Part shown: positions 32,449 to 47,207 of the stretch, piece after piece
Layout of the letters: each line of letters begins with the position of its first letter
Numbering within the stretch: position 1 is the stretch's first letter
Assembly: GCA_964016885.1 (NCBI GenBank)
Contig: OZ024758.1
Location: forward strand, 2,356,001-2,420,000
Source of the DNA: Eledone cirrhosa
Taxonomy: Eukaryota
Direction of reading: 5' to 3'
DNA: 64,000 nt
The notes under the pieces: generated by a model
Told to the model about the DNA's origin: nothing
The model's input: only the letters and a program-made list of their open reading frames with translations
The model's database searches: none
Made by a program: the position numbers and the translations under genes

Positions 32449-34417
32449 AATTCTCACCTCATTAATTAATTCTGGATAGAAAAGCGTTCATTATGAAACC
32501 TGCTTCTTTTGACGATGGCGCCTGAGGTTCTGGTCCTCGTCAACGTCTCTTTGTTATCGCTGTCATCAATGTCCAGATCAGGAGCTGGATTTTTTTATGG
32601 TTTCAGTTGATCTACTGCTGGAATATATATATATATATATGTGTGTGTGTGGGGGTATGTGTGGGTATGTGAGTATGTGTGTGTGTGTTGAGGGTATATG
32701 TAGATGTGTGTGTGAGAGAAGGTATGTGTGTGTGGGGGGGGTATGTGTGTGTGGGGGTATGTGTGTTTGTGTGTATGTGTGTGTGTGTGTGGGGGGGCGT
32801 GTGTAGGGGTTTTGTGCGTGTGTATGGGTATATGTGAGGGGGGAGGGTATGTGCATATGTGTGTGTATGTGTGTGTGTGTGCGTGTGTGTATGTGCATGT
32901 GGTGTGGTGTGGTGTGGTGTGGTGTGTGTGTGTGTGTGTGGTGTGTGTTAAATATAATCCGAGATTCATTTATAAGTTTATTTACCGCGAGGAATCAAAG
33001 CGTTCCGGTCATTCGCTTTCATTAAAGAAAGCAGCGTCATTTCAATGAGATATTTAGCTATTATTTCTAGCAGCTTGAGATCCGTTCGTTGGCTCAAGCA
33101 GACTTAAGTTGCTACTGTAAACCTGTTAAATCCTATTTTTTATTTTATTTCTATCTATTTATACAAAGAGGAGCTCAGCTCGCGCCACAAGCTAATAATA
33201 ATGATTGCAATAATAGGATAGATGTTAAAAGATGGGCTCTTCACTTATCATTAGACAATGAAAGGAAGAGAGAGAGAGAGTGGATGGAACAGGAGCAAGG
33301 AGAGGGAGAGAGAGAGAAAGAGATGGAGGGGAGAGATGGAGAGGGAGAGAGAAGGGGAGATGGAGGGAGAGAGAGGTAAAGAGGTGGAGGAGCAGAGGGA
33401 GAGAGAGAAGGGGGAGGGGGAGAGAGAGATAGGGGTCGAAAGAGAGAGAGAGAAATAGCAAACGAGAGAGAGAGGGGGAGTAGAAATAGGTATCGAAAAG
33501 GATAAAGAGGGATAAAGAGGGAAAGAGAGTGAGAGAGTAGAGTAGTGAGAAAGAGAGAGAAAGAGTAGAGAAATGACCCTTTAAAGAGAGAAATGTTTGA
33601 TATATTGCAGGAGGTCAATATAAGTTAGGATACAAAGTTAACAAAAAACCAAACAATTAAAGGGATCACTGAATTGTTAAGGGAGTTTGTATAACCTACC
33701 TTTCTCCCATCATTTCTTTCTCCCCTCCATCCTTTCTTTCTTTCTCCCCCCATCCTTTCTTTCTCCCTTCCTTTCTTTATCTCTTATCATTTCTAGGGGG
33801 TTTTATTGTCTATTTTCTCTTTTTTTTTTTATATATATTATATTTTATATTTTTACTTTTCTATTTGATTCTTTTATTTTGTCTTTATTTAATTATTTTT
33901 TATATTTATCTTTAAAAAAAATTATTACTTTTCTATTTGTTTATTTTTCTTTCTATTTTGTCTTCTTTTATAATTTCTTATATTTTTATATTCTATTAGC
34001 TTTTTCTATTTTGTCTTTTTTTCACAAATTTCATATATTTTTATTATATTTTTATATGTATATATTTTCATTATTTTTATTATATTTTTCATATTTATGT
34101 TTTCATTATTTTTATTATATTTTTATATTTATGTTTTCATTATTTTTATTATATTTTTATATTTATGTTTTCATTATTTTTATATTTATATATTTTCATT
34201 ATTTTTTGTTTTTATGTTCCTATTTGTTTCTGTTTTGTTGTTTCTCTGTTTGACCAGAACTGTTCAAGTGTGAGATTTAGTATAAAGTTAAGAGATAAAT
34301 ATTAACTTAGCTATTGAAGAGACTCTCTAATACGTGTGTGTGTGAATATATATATATATATATATATATAAACATATATATATGTATATATACATGTGTG
34401 TGTGTGCGTGTATATAC

Positions 34418-34476
<59 letters not shown>

Positions 34477-34513
34477 ATATATATACATACATTTGTGTGC
34501 GTGCGTGTGCTTG

Positions 34514-34548
<35 letters not shown>

Positions 34549-34595
34549 GTGTATATATATATATATATGTATGTATATATATATATATATGTATG

Positions 34596-34626
<31 letters not shown>

Positions 34627-34643
34627 ATATATATATATATATG

Positions 34644-34692
<49 letters not shown>

Positions 34693-34753
34693 ATACATAT
34701 ATATATATATATATACTCATATATATATATATGAGTATATATATATATATATT

Positions 34754-34787
<34 letters not shown>

Positions 34788-34829
34788 TATATATATATAT
34801 ATATTTGTATATATATATATATATATGAG

Positions 34830-34878
<49 letters not shown>

Positions 34879-34955
34879 ATATATATATATATATGTGTAT
34901 ATATATATATATATGTGTATATATATATGTGTATATATATATATGTGTATATATA

Positions 34956-35001
<46 letters not shown>

Positions 35002-35089
35002 TATATATATATATATATGTGTATATATATATACTAGGATAGTGATAGAGTACATAAAGTAGTCGTGGATGGAGGATAAGGCTTTCTGA

Positions 35090-35334
35090 GTTAGGCACAA
35101 GGCCAGTAATTACCTCAGTGTATTACTGGTACTTTATTTTACTGACCCCGTAATAATTGTTTCTACTTTTGGCACAAGGCCAGCAATTACCCCAGTGTAT
35201 TACTGGTACTTTATTTTATCGACTCCGTAAGGAAGAAAGGCAAAGTCAACCTCGGCGGGATTTGAACTCAGACCGTAAGAGGCCGTAACTCTATGTCGTG
35301 AAGCATGGGTCTGACACTCTACCGATTCTGTCAC
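35090..35334 (-). mobile_element. SINE family A with tandemly duplicated 3' segment
   Basis: Full copy at 35153-35334 plus a partial copy at 35090-35152. Confidence 0.9.
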
Positions 35335-35481
35335 TATCTATCTATATATGCCTGTCTATCTGTTAATCTATTGATCTATCAACCTAACTATCTCACTACC
35401 TTTCTATCTAGCTATCAATGAATCAGTCTAACTATCCATCTATCTATCTATGTATATATATTTCTCTATCTAACTATCTAT

Positions 35482-35770
35482 GACCACCAATCACTACCGC
35501 CACCAACACCACTACTACCGTCACCACCACACCACCACCACCACCATTACCACCACCACCATTACCACCATTACCACAAGCACCACCACCACCACCATTA
35601 CCACAACCACCACCACCACCACAACAACCACCACTACCACCACCACCATAACTACTACCACCACCACCACCACCATTACCACAACCACCACTACCACCAC
35701 CACCACCACCACAACAACAACCACCATCACCACTACCACTACCACCACCATCAACAATGAAATGACCACC
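35482..35770. repeat. (ACC)n-type trinucleotide repeat
   Basis: Seen directly. Confidence 0.95.
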
Positions 35771-35846
35771 AATCCTCATCACACATAAGGAATACATGCT
35801 GAGTTCGAATAAGCAGAGAGACAGACTGATCATGGCTTTATGGGTA

Positions 35847-35890
<44 letters not shown>

Positions 35891-36042
35891 TAGTAGCCGT
35901 AGGGGGTGTAGTGAGAGGGCAGGAACGGGCCCATCTATCATCATTTAAGGGACGAGGAAATATCGAGAAGAATGCAGGGTTGACGTGAAGAGACAATTGA
36001 TGAAAAGGGAGAAACGAGAGGAGAGCAACAAAGAAAGAAGCA

Positions 36043-36085
36043 GAAGAGGCCATGATTGGACGTGTGAATATCACACACACACACA

Positions 36086-36170
<85 letters not shown>

Positions 36171-36215
36171 TAGAAGAAGCCATGCTTGGACGTGTGAATA
36201 TCACACACACACACA

Positions 36216-36268
<53 letters not shown>

Positions 36269-36305
36269 GAAGAGGCCGTGCTTGGACGTGTGAATATCAA
36301 CACAC
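36043..36305. repeat. Three tandem units agaagaggccatg.ttggacgtgtgaatatca + (CA)n(TA)n
   Basis: Units start near 36043, 36172 and 36268. Confidence 0.85.
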
Positions 36306-36529
36306 AATAGATATTTATTTGCCTCCTTTTATATATAAAATCTTAGTTTTACGCGAGCAGGCGCCCCACTCACACTTGAATATCTGTGTATGTATATGTG
36401 TGTACATGTGAGAGTGTGTGAGTATGTGTGTGTGGTTGTCGTAGAGGAAAGGCGAAACTGTGAGTAGAGACCCAATGATAAAAGATACACAAACAATTCA
36501 TATGTGTGTATGTGTGTGTGTACACACAA

Positions 36530-36618
<89 letters not shown>

Positions 36619-36896
36619 TTTTCCTTTTCTTTCTCCTATTGCCGGAGGATTTCGTTGGCCCAAGATTTACCCATCTGCATTCTAGAGGCTTCCAAACTAA
36701 CTACTTTTCTCATCCCGCAATTCTTCAGGCAAACCTGAACACTCTTATATATATGTGTGTGTACACAAACAAACTTTGTGTTTACTCTGGACGAAAATGT
36801 ATTAACTTTTTGCTTGGTGACTAGCTCAAACAATTCGATTAGTATCTGCTATATTGCGACTACAACTTTGATTCATAACCAATATTATATATATAT

Positions 36897-37209
<313 letters not shown>

Positions 37210-37258
37210 CATGCTTACAAATATATAAACACACACACAAATACATACATACACACAC

Positions 37259-37297
<39 letters not shown>

Positions 37298-37970
37298 AAC
37301 GTGTGCCTGAGCGTGTATGCGTTATTTCGCGAGTCAATACCTCCGTACCTACTTATGCAGCTGTTTGTTCTATACAGATAGATTTTAGAGCTTAGGTACC
37401 TGTCTACCTATTCAACCTCTTACCTGTTACTTTGTAAATCTGTCTAATTACATGATTGACTGAAGGAACTGTTTGAAACAGGCTACCAACAAGATTTTAC
37501 TCATGTGTGAGGTTTAGTTTCTGACACCCAAAACCTACCAGCTGAACTAGGTGTTCAGTTACATAGGCTGAGGTTCCTATTTCTATCAAATTATCTACGA
37601 AACATGTGGCTCGTATTATACTCAAGTTCACCAGTAATCTATCCAGTTGACTATAGGTAAGCATATCTAAACATATCTGTTGACAATAAAATGTGTAAAT
37701 TAAAAGTTCATGTACCGTGCGTATATATCTGCGTGTTATGATGTCACGACCTGTTGGGTTGGTATATAACCTGTAGCTCCCATAATGATGGGTATGAAGC
37801 TAAAGGTGGATCCTGGATACTGGATCTGCAAAATCCTCAACAATGGTCACTAGATGTCCTCCCTCACCTCTATTTTTCTTACAACTTTGACATCAAGTGG
37901 GCAGCTGATCTCTACAACCGAGCACATTTTCAATGTCTGGTCCCAAACAACAATATCAGGACGATTATGA

Positions 37971-38314
37971 TTCACATTTCAAATATTACCAAACAGCATT
38001 TGTTTCACAAATCTATTTGATCTTATCAACATAAATACTATTTGGTAATATTTGAAATGTGAATTTTTGTTGATAAGATCCAACAGATTTGTGAAACAAA
38101 TACTGTTTCGTCATATTTGAAATGTGAAGTTTTGTTGTTAAGATCCAACAGATTTGTGAAACAAATGCTGTTTAGTAATATTTGAAATGTGAATTTGTTT
38201 CACAAATCTGTTGGATCCTATCGACAAAAATTCACATTTCAAATATGACTAAACACCATTTGTTTCACAAATCTGTTGGATTTAATCAACAAAAATTCAC
38301 ATTTCAAATATTAC
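37971..38314. repeat. 65 bp repeat array with two orientation switches
   Basis: Unit ttcacatttcaaatat...aatcaacaaaaa (38231 to 38296); reversed at about 38035-38193. Confidence 0.9.
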
Positions 38315-38804
38315 CCCAAAAATGCACTTTGCAAGACTTGCTTACTTTGTAGACTTGTCTAGTCTATTAATCGCCTCGGTATCTATGTAAACAGTAGAAA
38401 AACTGCCAAAGATGAGATTTCTGTCGTCATTAAGATTACTTTGCGGTATTATGCCTGCTCCTTGTTTTTACTGTTCACTTGTTTTCAGAAGTAGTTTAGT
38501 TAAGCAGCTATTGACCATATAATCTGACAGATGACCTTCAATTAAGTTTTGATAACATAGGCGCTGCATACGTGATAGGAATACAATGCTAATATAGGAA
38601 AACTATCAAACATATCTGCAAGATGAGTGGCCTAAAAGCCCGCTATTAGGTAAACATAACATGAGATTTAATAATTTATTATAGATAGTTAATATAAACA
38701 CACATACATACATACATACATACATACATACATACATACATACATACATACATGTGTATATATATATCATACATACATATATAAATACATACATATAAAT
38801 ACAG

Positions 38805-38884
<80 letters not shown>

Positions 38885-39022
38885 TAAAAAAAAATATATA
38901 TATATATAATGTAAGTGTAGCACCAAGAAAAATATAGACTTCGGCGAGAGGGCCTTAAAGTGTGTGTGTGTGTGTGTGTGTGTCTCAGTGTGTGTCTCAG
39001 TGTGTGTGTGTGGGGGAGGTCT

Positions 39023-39055
<33 letters not shown>

Positions 39056-39177
39056 GTGCGGTGTGGTGTGTGTATGTGTGTGTGTGTATATGTGTGTGAT
39101 TAATAAATCTGTTAAAGGTGTGTCTAGTTGAGAATCTAATCAACTTCTGCTGAAATCAATGAAATTTGGCACTTACT

Positions 39178-39879
39178 GAGAAATAACTGACTTAGCCTCC
39201 ATTGATATCACATGGTCAGGCCTGAAATAACTGACTTAGCCTCCATTGATATCACATGGTCAGGCCTGAAATAACCGACTTAGCCTCCATTGATATCACA
39301 TGGTCAGGCCTGAAATAACTGACTTAGCCTCCATTGATATCACATGGTCAGGCCTGAAATAACTGACTTAGCCTCCATTGATATCACATGGTCAGGCCTG
39401 AAATAACTGACTTAGCCTCCATTGATATCACATGGTCAGGCCTGAAATAACCGACTTAGCCTCCATTGATATCACATGGTCAGGCCTGAAATAACCGACT
39501 TAGCCTCCATTGATATCACATGGTCAGGCCTGAAATAACTGACTTAGCCTCCATTGATATCACATGGTCAGGCCTGAAATAACCGACTTAGCCTCCATTA
39601 ATATCACATGGTCAGGCCTGAAATAACTGACTTAGCCTCCATTGATATCACATGGTCAGGCCTGAAATAACTGACTTAGCCTCCATTGATATCACATGGT
39701 CAGGCCTGAAATAACCGACTTAGCCTCCATTGATATCACATGGTCAGGCCTGAAATAACTGACTTAGCCTCCATTGATATCACATGGTCAGGCCTGAAAT
39801 AACCGACTTAGCCTCCATTGATATCACATGGTCAGGCCTGAAATAACTGACTTAGCCTCCATTGATATCACTTGGTCAG
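39178..39879. repeat. 44 bp minisatellite, ~16 copies
   Basis: ctgaaataac(t/c)gacttagcctccattgatatcacatggtcaggc; 39181 to 39841 = 15x44. Confidence 0.97.
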
Positions 39880-39989
39880 CTTCTGTTGATATATCTATAG
39901 TTTTGATATGTTGTTGCTACTGGTGATGTAACATAAATTGTGTACACTATCCAACGTGTGTTTTAAGATACTATGGTGTAGGTTTAAGG

Positions 39990-40581
39990 GGTATTTGGCT
40001 GACGTATCTAGCAGGTTGACCGACCACAGGTTATTTGGCTGTTGTTTCTAGCAGGTTGACCGACCACAGGTTATTTAACTGTTGTTTCTAGCAGGTTGAC
40101 CGACCACAGGTTATTTAGCTGTTGTTTCTAGTAGGTTGACCAACCACAGGTTATTTAGCTGTTGTTTCTAGCAGGTTGACCAACCACAGGTTATTTGGCT
40201 GTTGTTTCTAGCAGGTTGACCAACCACAGGTTTATTTGGCTGTTGTTTCTAGCAGGTTTATTAACCACAGGTCATTTGGCTGTTGTTTCTACCAGGTTTA
40301 TTGACCACAGGTCATTTGGCTGTTGTTTCTAGCAGGTTGACCAACCACAGGTTATTTAGCTGTTGTTTCTAGCAGGTTGACCAACCACAGGTTATTTGGC
40401 TGTTGTTTCTAGTAGGTTGAGCAACCACAGGTTATTTGGCTGTTGTTTCTAGCAGGTTGACCAACCACAGGTTTATTTGGCTGTTGTTTCTAGCAGGTTT
40501 ATTAACCACAGGTCATTTGGCTGTTGTTTCTACCAGGTTTATTGACCACAGGTCATTTGGCTGTTGTTTCTAGCAGGTTGA
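39990..40581. repeat. 40 bp minisatellite, ~15 copies
   Basis: ggttatttggctgttgtttctagcaggttgaccaaccaca. Confidence 0.95.
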
Positions 40582-40689
40582 CATACAGCGCTCTGTCTTT
40601 TGTTTTCTTAAACGTCACTTAGATTGTTGTTGACATATCGAGGAAAGAAAAAGAGAATGTTAAACTATAATAATATATCTCTCATATTT

Positions 40690-41190
40690 TGGTGGTGGTG
40701 GGGTGAGTTGAGGGGGCGGTGATGATGGTGGTGGTGGTGTGAGGTGAGGCGGGGTGGGGATGGTGGAGATGAGGGGGTGTTGGTGTTGGAGGTGAGGGGG
40801 TGTTTGTGTTGGTGTTGGTGGTGGTGGTGGAGATGAGGGGGGTGTTGGTGTTGGTGGTGGTGGGTAGTGGGGAGATGAGGGTGTGGTGGTGTTTTGGTAG
40901 GGATGAGGGGCTTGTGGTATTGGTGGAGTGTTGTGGTGGTGGTGGTGTTGGAGTTGTAGTGGTATGAATGAGGAGGTTGTGTTGTTGGTGGGGGATGGTT
41001 GTGGTAAGGATGTGGGGGTTGTGATTTTGGTAGGGGTGTTGTGGTAGGGTTGAGGGTGTTGTGGTTTTAGTGGGGGTGACGCAGTAGTAGGGACAAGGGT
41101 GTTGGGATGGAGGATTTAGTGGTAAGGATAAGGGGGTGTAATTTTGATGGTGGTGGTGAGGTTAAGTGGTTGAGATAAGGGGATTGTGAT
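40690..41190. repeat. G/T-rich degenerate (GGT)n tract
   Basis: Seen directly. Confidence 0.85.
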
Positions 41191-42569
41191 TTTTTATTGG
41201 TTTCTGTCGCGAAGACTGGAATATGTTTTCAAAACGACAATGGCGGGTCTTCCTTTTCTCCTTCTGAAGGGGTGGAGGAGGAGGAGGGGGAGGGAGATAT
41301 GATGAGAGGGGGTGGGGGAGAGGGAGAAGAAGGAATTACAATTTAAACAACTGAACCAATCATGAAATGATGACAAAACTAAACAGTAACAACAGCAGCA
41401 ACAATATAAAACCAAACTCTCGTCCCTATTGTATGTAAAAACAACAGCAGCAGCAACAACAGTTACAACAACAACAGCAACAACAATAACAACAACAGCA
41501 ACAACAATATAAAGCCAAACTCACGTCCCTATTGTACGTAATAACAACAACAACAGTAACAACAACAACAACAATAGAGGCAGTGTTAACTGTAAGAAGA
41601 GCAGTGCCTACAATAAATAACATTTTGTTACTGTTTTGTCAGAGAAGGAAAGGCAGCAACTTTGACCCCTTTTCAGGGCCTCAGAGACTGGTGGAAGAGA
41701 GAAGGAAGGGCTACAACTTGACCCCATTTCAGGGCCTCAGAGATTGGTGGAAGGGGAGGAAATATCCCCAAACTGAAACCAGGATTCGAATGTTTGCAAT
41801 AAAGTTGACTCCGATGAAGGACCTAAGAACAAGGTTGTGGTACATCTCGACTGAATTACTATAGAATAATAATAGAAGAAATAGGGTGAGAGGAGGGGGA
41901 AAGATATGTGAGGGTAGGAGGAGGGAGAGATGTGATAGGAGAAGGATGCGGAGGCTATTGCACGTGTAATTAAAGGGAGGTGTCATGATTGTTAAAAGGG
42001 GGAAGGAGAGGAGAAAACCTCAATGGTGGTAAGCTGAGTAAAACAAACAATTCTTTAAGCAAAGAAATTATAAACTATTAAACTGAGATTTGGGTGAAAA
42101 TTCTGACAAAGACAGGTTTTAAGATTGCAATAAAAGATCTAACAATATTTGCCTTGTAAAGTCCCCAGGATGAGAAAAATCGTTAGTAAAACGCCAATTT
42201 GGTGGTCATTTCACATCTTTAAATTTGTTTGAATAAAAAAGGTGAAACTGTAGAAAATCCTGTCAAAGAAAAGGATTCACTCAGTTTTGGGAGTGGAAGA
42301 AAACATTAGTGACTTGTGTGTTTGGTCCTCGGATTATAGGGCCCATCAGTGAAGCAATTCATTTTTACTTTGATTACTAGATTATTACAGAAGGAGATTA
42401 ACTAGGTGTTTATATGACGGACGCAACTACTGATCTATCGTAAATAGAATATAAACTGATCGTTTCTTCAAATCTATACGATAGTTACGTTGGTTGAATT
42501 AAGATACAAGTTCTAAAATACGAGAGTGTGAGGAATATGTAATAAGCTTCATCGATTTATAATCGATGT

Positions 42570-42764
42570 CAGACCTGCCAAATTCTAAAAACCCAAACAG
42601 GGAGTACTGTGAAAAAAGGTGCCCGCAAAACGGGGAGGAATGAGGCAAAATGGGGAGATTTTACATAATGAAAGCTATAGCCATTCACAAGAGAAGACAT
42701 CTCTCCCCCACCCCAAAGTGGGTGGGTGATCTCCCCCATCGGACGGGGAGAACTGACAGGTCTG
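42570..42764. mobile_element. 195 bp MITE with 11 bp TIRs and a 6 bp TSD
   Basis: cgatgt|CAGACCTGCCA ... TGACAGGTCTG|cgatgt. Confidence 0.8.
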
Positions 42765-43346
42765 CGATGTAATAATATGGTAGCTAAATAATATTTGAAA
42801 AATCGAAATGCATCCGTGGGACTCAGAATGTTTTACATGACTGGAAGAATGTAGATTATTCTGGATGTTTAATAGCGAAATAAACTGTACAGTGGACAAG
42901 ATTAAAAGGGCAGAAGCCAGAAATGTATTTTTTTCTGCCAACTCCACAGCCATCTCTTCAAGTTCCATTTGAAGAGATAGGTAAATATGAAGAGTAAACA
43001 TGGAATGAAGTGATGTCCTACAATTTAATGTAGGCGAGCGACTGTCACGTGTTTGGGCTATATACACCGATATACTCTCAGAATAGGCCGGGACCCTATC
43101 TGGGAGGGAGCACTTGCCCTTAGTAGTGAGTGAAATATTGGTTGTGTGGGATTCCTTGATTGGCACTAGATAGCTGTCACCTTATTGGGGCATCTCATTT
43201 CATTTCTTTTGTATACTGTTAGTTTGCTATCTCTGTATTGTGGTTGTTTTAATAAACAATTCTACGTCAACAGAAATATTTCTTGTAATGTCCTCTCAAA
43301 CATCAACTTTGTGACAAATAAAGGACACCGTTATTATCATTGTTAG

Positions 43347-43536
43347 GGCAGTGGTTTGGCAGTATCGGTAGAGCGTCAGACACCATGCTTTGCAGCACAG
43401 AGTTACGGCCCGTTACGTTCAGAGTTCAAATCCTGCTGAGTTTAACTTTACCTTTAATCCTTACGAGGTCGATAAAATAAAGTACCAGTAATACACTGGG
43501 GTAATAGCTGGCCTTGTGCCAAAAGTAGAAACCAAT
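43347..43536 (+). mobile_element. SINE family A, full length
   Basis: Homologous to 36897-37088. Confidence 0.9.
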
Positions 43537-43589
43537 CTATCTGTCTGTCAGTTTATCTATCTATCTATCTATATATATATCTTTCCCTC

Positions 43590-43785
43590 TCCGTACTCCT
43601 GGAGATGAGGGTTGCACATTTTTTCGGGGGTATGTGTTACCTATATGAAATGTCTCCCCCTATTGGGGAAAATCGATTGTATTTTAAATTGCATTTGTGA
43701 TAGTATTTTATACGTTTTTATTGTATGTAAACCTCCCCCTTTGTATTTGTGCCCTTTTGTGCCCCTGTGGCTAATAAAGAAACAT
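43590..43785 (+). mobile_element. Probable LINE 3' UTR remnant
   Basis: T-rich tract ending in AATAAA then (TATC)n, with TATC repeats on both sides. Confidence 0.35.
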
Positions 43786-43810
43786 ATCTATCTATCTATC
43801 TCTCTATCAG

Positions 43811-43842
<32 letters not shown>

Positions 43843-43950
43843 ATCTAAAAAAAAAATACGAGGTTGTATATATATATATGTTTATATAACTATCTCTCTA
43901 TCTGTAACTATCTATCTGTCTCTCCCTCTATATATGAAATAAATACGAGT

Positions 43951-44010
<60 letters not shown>

Positions 44011-44432
44011 TGTCTATCTAGCTGTCTGTCTATCCAAATAGATAGATTAGCGAAAGCTGTGAGAGACAGACTAAGATACAATTAAATAGAGAGATAAACA
44101 CAAGATGTTTACGGAAGAAGAGTAAAATAATACAGACATTGAATGAAATAATATGGTAAAGCTGACATAGACAGTTAATAACTGGGCTCCTAATGTCACT
44201 CTCTCTCTCTGTCTCTCCCTCTCTCTCTGTCTCTCCCTCTCTCTCTCTCCCTCTCTCTCTCTGTCTCTGGGTGTCTGTGTGTCTGTGTCTGTATGTGTGA
44301 GTGTCTATGTCTGTGTGTGTGAGTGTGTCTGTGTGTCTCTGTGTCTGTGTGTGCGTCTGTGTGTGCGGTTGAGGAAACTAACGGTGTATGTATGTGTCCG
44401 TGAGAGTGTTTTTGAGAAAGATTATGATGTAT

Positions 44433-44513
<81 letters not shown>

Positions 44514-44704
44514 TATGAGAGAGAGAGAGAGAGAGAGAAGTTAATGGGAAAAGGAAATAGTAAATACAATAAAAACTGAGAAAGTATAGTCGACAGATAA
44601 GTCGATAGAGTATGGATAGTTTCTTGATGGGGGATCAGAAAAGTGTGGTCGACATATAAGTCGATAGACTGTGGGTGGTTTCTTGTATCTAAAACTACAA
44701 TATA

Positions 44705-44859
44705 CATGCTTTGAAGCATAGAGTTACCTCCCTTTATGATCTGAGTTCAAATCCCGCCGAGGTTAACTTTGCCTTTCATCCTTACGGGGTCGATAAAATA
44801 AAGTACCAGTAATGCACTGGGATAATTGCTGGCCTTGTGCCTAAAGTAGAAACAATTAT
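44705..44859 (+). mobile_element. SINE family A, 5'-truncated
   Basis: Homologous to family A; B box present. Confidence 0.9.
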
Positions 44860-45659
44860 CTAATGTGCCCCTTTTTAAAAGTAAGGTGTGATTTTAGGGA
44901 GATTTAGCTGTTGTTTCTGGTATGTCAAATAGATGCTCTCTCGTTGGCTTGTCTCTAGCTTTGTTATTGTTTCTGCTGTTTCTGTTCCTGCCATTTGCTT
45001 GCTGCAGTTGTTGCCTGTATGTTTGTAGCTAACTTGATGCGGCTCATACGTCGCTGCCCTCACAAACTGATTTTCAATTTTAAAGATGTCTTATTGACGT
45101 TTGTTTGTTTTATTTGTTAACCACAAATTGTGCCAACAACAGAATTACTGACAGCTTCCTTCCCGAAGGTGGGAGATGGAAGGAGGAAGAAGGAAAAGAA
45201 TGAAACATATATAAACGAAAAGAAAGAAGAGGAATATATAAGCAAGAAAGATAAAAAAAGACGGCAAAAAAGTGAAAAAGATAAAGGAGAACGGAAAGAC
45301 GAAGAAAGAAAGAATTAAAAAGCGTAAAAAAAAAAAAGAAAAAGAAATATATATAAAATAAAAAAAGAAAGAAAGATAGAAAGAAAAAGCGACAGAAAGC
45401 GAGCAAAATGTAAAAATCTGAAAGAAAGAACGAGACTAAGGAAGAAAGTTAGGACAGGGAAAGAAAAAGAGAGAAAGAAAGACGATAAATAAAAATAAGC
45501 AAAGAAAAATGAAAAAGAGAAAGAGAAAGAGAAAGAGAATGAGAAATAGAAAGAGAATGTAGAAAGAAAGAGTGAAAAAAAAAACAAATAAGAAAAGATA
45601 TGTAAACAAAAATTATAAAAAGAACAAAAACAAAATAAAAGAGAAAGACAAATGAAGAA

Positions 45660-46060
45660 AAAAATAAAATAAAAATAAGAAAAAATAAAGAAAAAAGAAA
45701 AAAATAAGAAAAATAAGAAAAAATAAGAAAAATAAGTAAAAATAAGAAAAATAAGAAAAATAAGAAAAAATAAGAAAAAATAAGAAAAAATAAGAAAAAA
45801 TAATAAAAAATAAGAAAAAATAATAAAAAATAAAAAATAAAAAATAAAAAATAAAAAATAAAAAATAAAAAATAAGAAAAAATAAGAAAAAATAAGAAAA
45901 AATAAGAAAAAATAAGAAAAAATAAGAAAAAATAAGAAAAAATAAGAAAAAATAAGAAAAAATAAGAAAAAATAAGAAAAAATAAGAAAAAATAAGAAAA
46001 AATAAGAAAAAATAAAAAATAAGAAAAAATAAGAAAAAAAAAAAAGAAAATAAAAAAAAT
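45660..46060. repeat. (aataagaaaa)n A-rich satellite
   Basis: Seen directly. Confidence 0.95.
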
Positions 46061-46394
46061 CGTAGAAGGAAAGTCCGGGAAAAGTTAAAAATAGGAAAAG
46101 GGGAGAAAAAAGGGGATGAAGGAAGTAAATAATTGATAGAGGGGGGAGGAGAGAGGGGAGGGGGAGAGGGGAGAAATTAGGGGTGGGGGAGAGGAGAAGT
46201 GAGAGGAGGGGGAGAGGAGAAGTTAGAGGTGGGATGAAGAAGAAATAGATCTAAAGATCAGTGTTGATCCCGTAGACCTAACAAATGTACGACAACCTGT
46301 CCCATTTAAACTCCCTGTCGTTAGAACAACATTATCCAATGTGTGCCTTTTTTATAGTTTGGAATATATTGTCCAATATGTCGTCCCTTTTTTA

Positions 46395-46856
46395 AAAATT
46401 ATCGAGTGGTACTTGAGGAAGTGATGACTACCACAGAACCATTAAAACTATAGAGTGACATTTGAGAAAGTGACCGCCATACCCATTAAAATTATAGAGT
46501 GATATTTGAAGAAGTGACCCGCAGTAGACCCATTAAAATTATAGAGTAGTTTTTGAGGAAGTGACCCAGCGGTAGACCCAGTAAAACTATAGAGGGATAT
46601 TTGAGGAAGTGACTAGCAGCAGACCCATTAAAACTATAGAGTGATACTTGAAGAATTGACTAGCGGCACACCCATTAAAACTATAGAGTGATATTTGCGA
46701 AAGTGACCAGCAGTAGACCCATTAAAACTACAGAGAGATATTTGAGGAAGTGACGACCAGCAGTAGACCCATTAAAACTATAGAGTGGTATCTAAGGAAG
46801 TGACGACACCAGCAGTAGACCCATTAAAACTATAGAGGGATATTTGAGGAAGTGAT
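46395..46856. repeat. ~47 bp degenerate minisatellite, ~10 copies
   Basis: cccattaaaactatagagtgatatttgaggaagtgac.agcagtaga. Confidence 0.9.
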
Positions 46857-47132
46857 GTGTGTGTATATACATCCTTCCGTCCTCCTGTCAGTAATTGACA
46901 ATTCTATAAACATCAGCAAGCTATTGATAACCTCATATCTTCTAACCAGACGATAATACATTGCTGAGACAATAAAAATGTTCTCTACCATCTTACAACT
47001 AATTTCTCTATAAAGCTGACCATCATGGCTGTTTCTTCGTCCACTCTGTATCTACAAACATCGTGGCCGTAATATTGACCGCCATGGTCATTTCTTCGTC
47101 CACTACATATCTACATCACATTTCTCTATAAC

Positions 47133-47207
<75 letters not shown>

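Noticed and set aside
35474-35944. Gly-rich, Thr-rich and Val-rich ORFs
   Set aside because: Translations of the (ACC)n repeat
39178-40581. 44 bp and 40 bp arrays as CRISPR
   Set aside because: Head-to-tail tandem repeats without spacers
42675-43166. 163 aa non-repetitive ORF
   Set aside because: Non-ATG start, runs into a MITE, and has no recognisable domain
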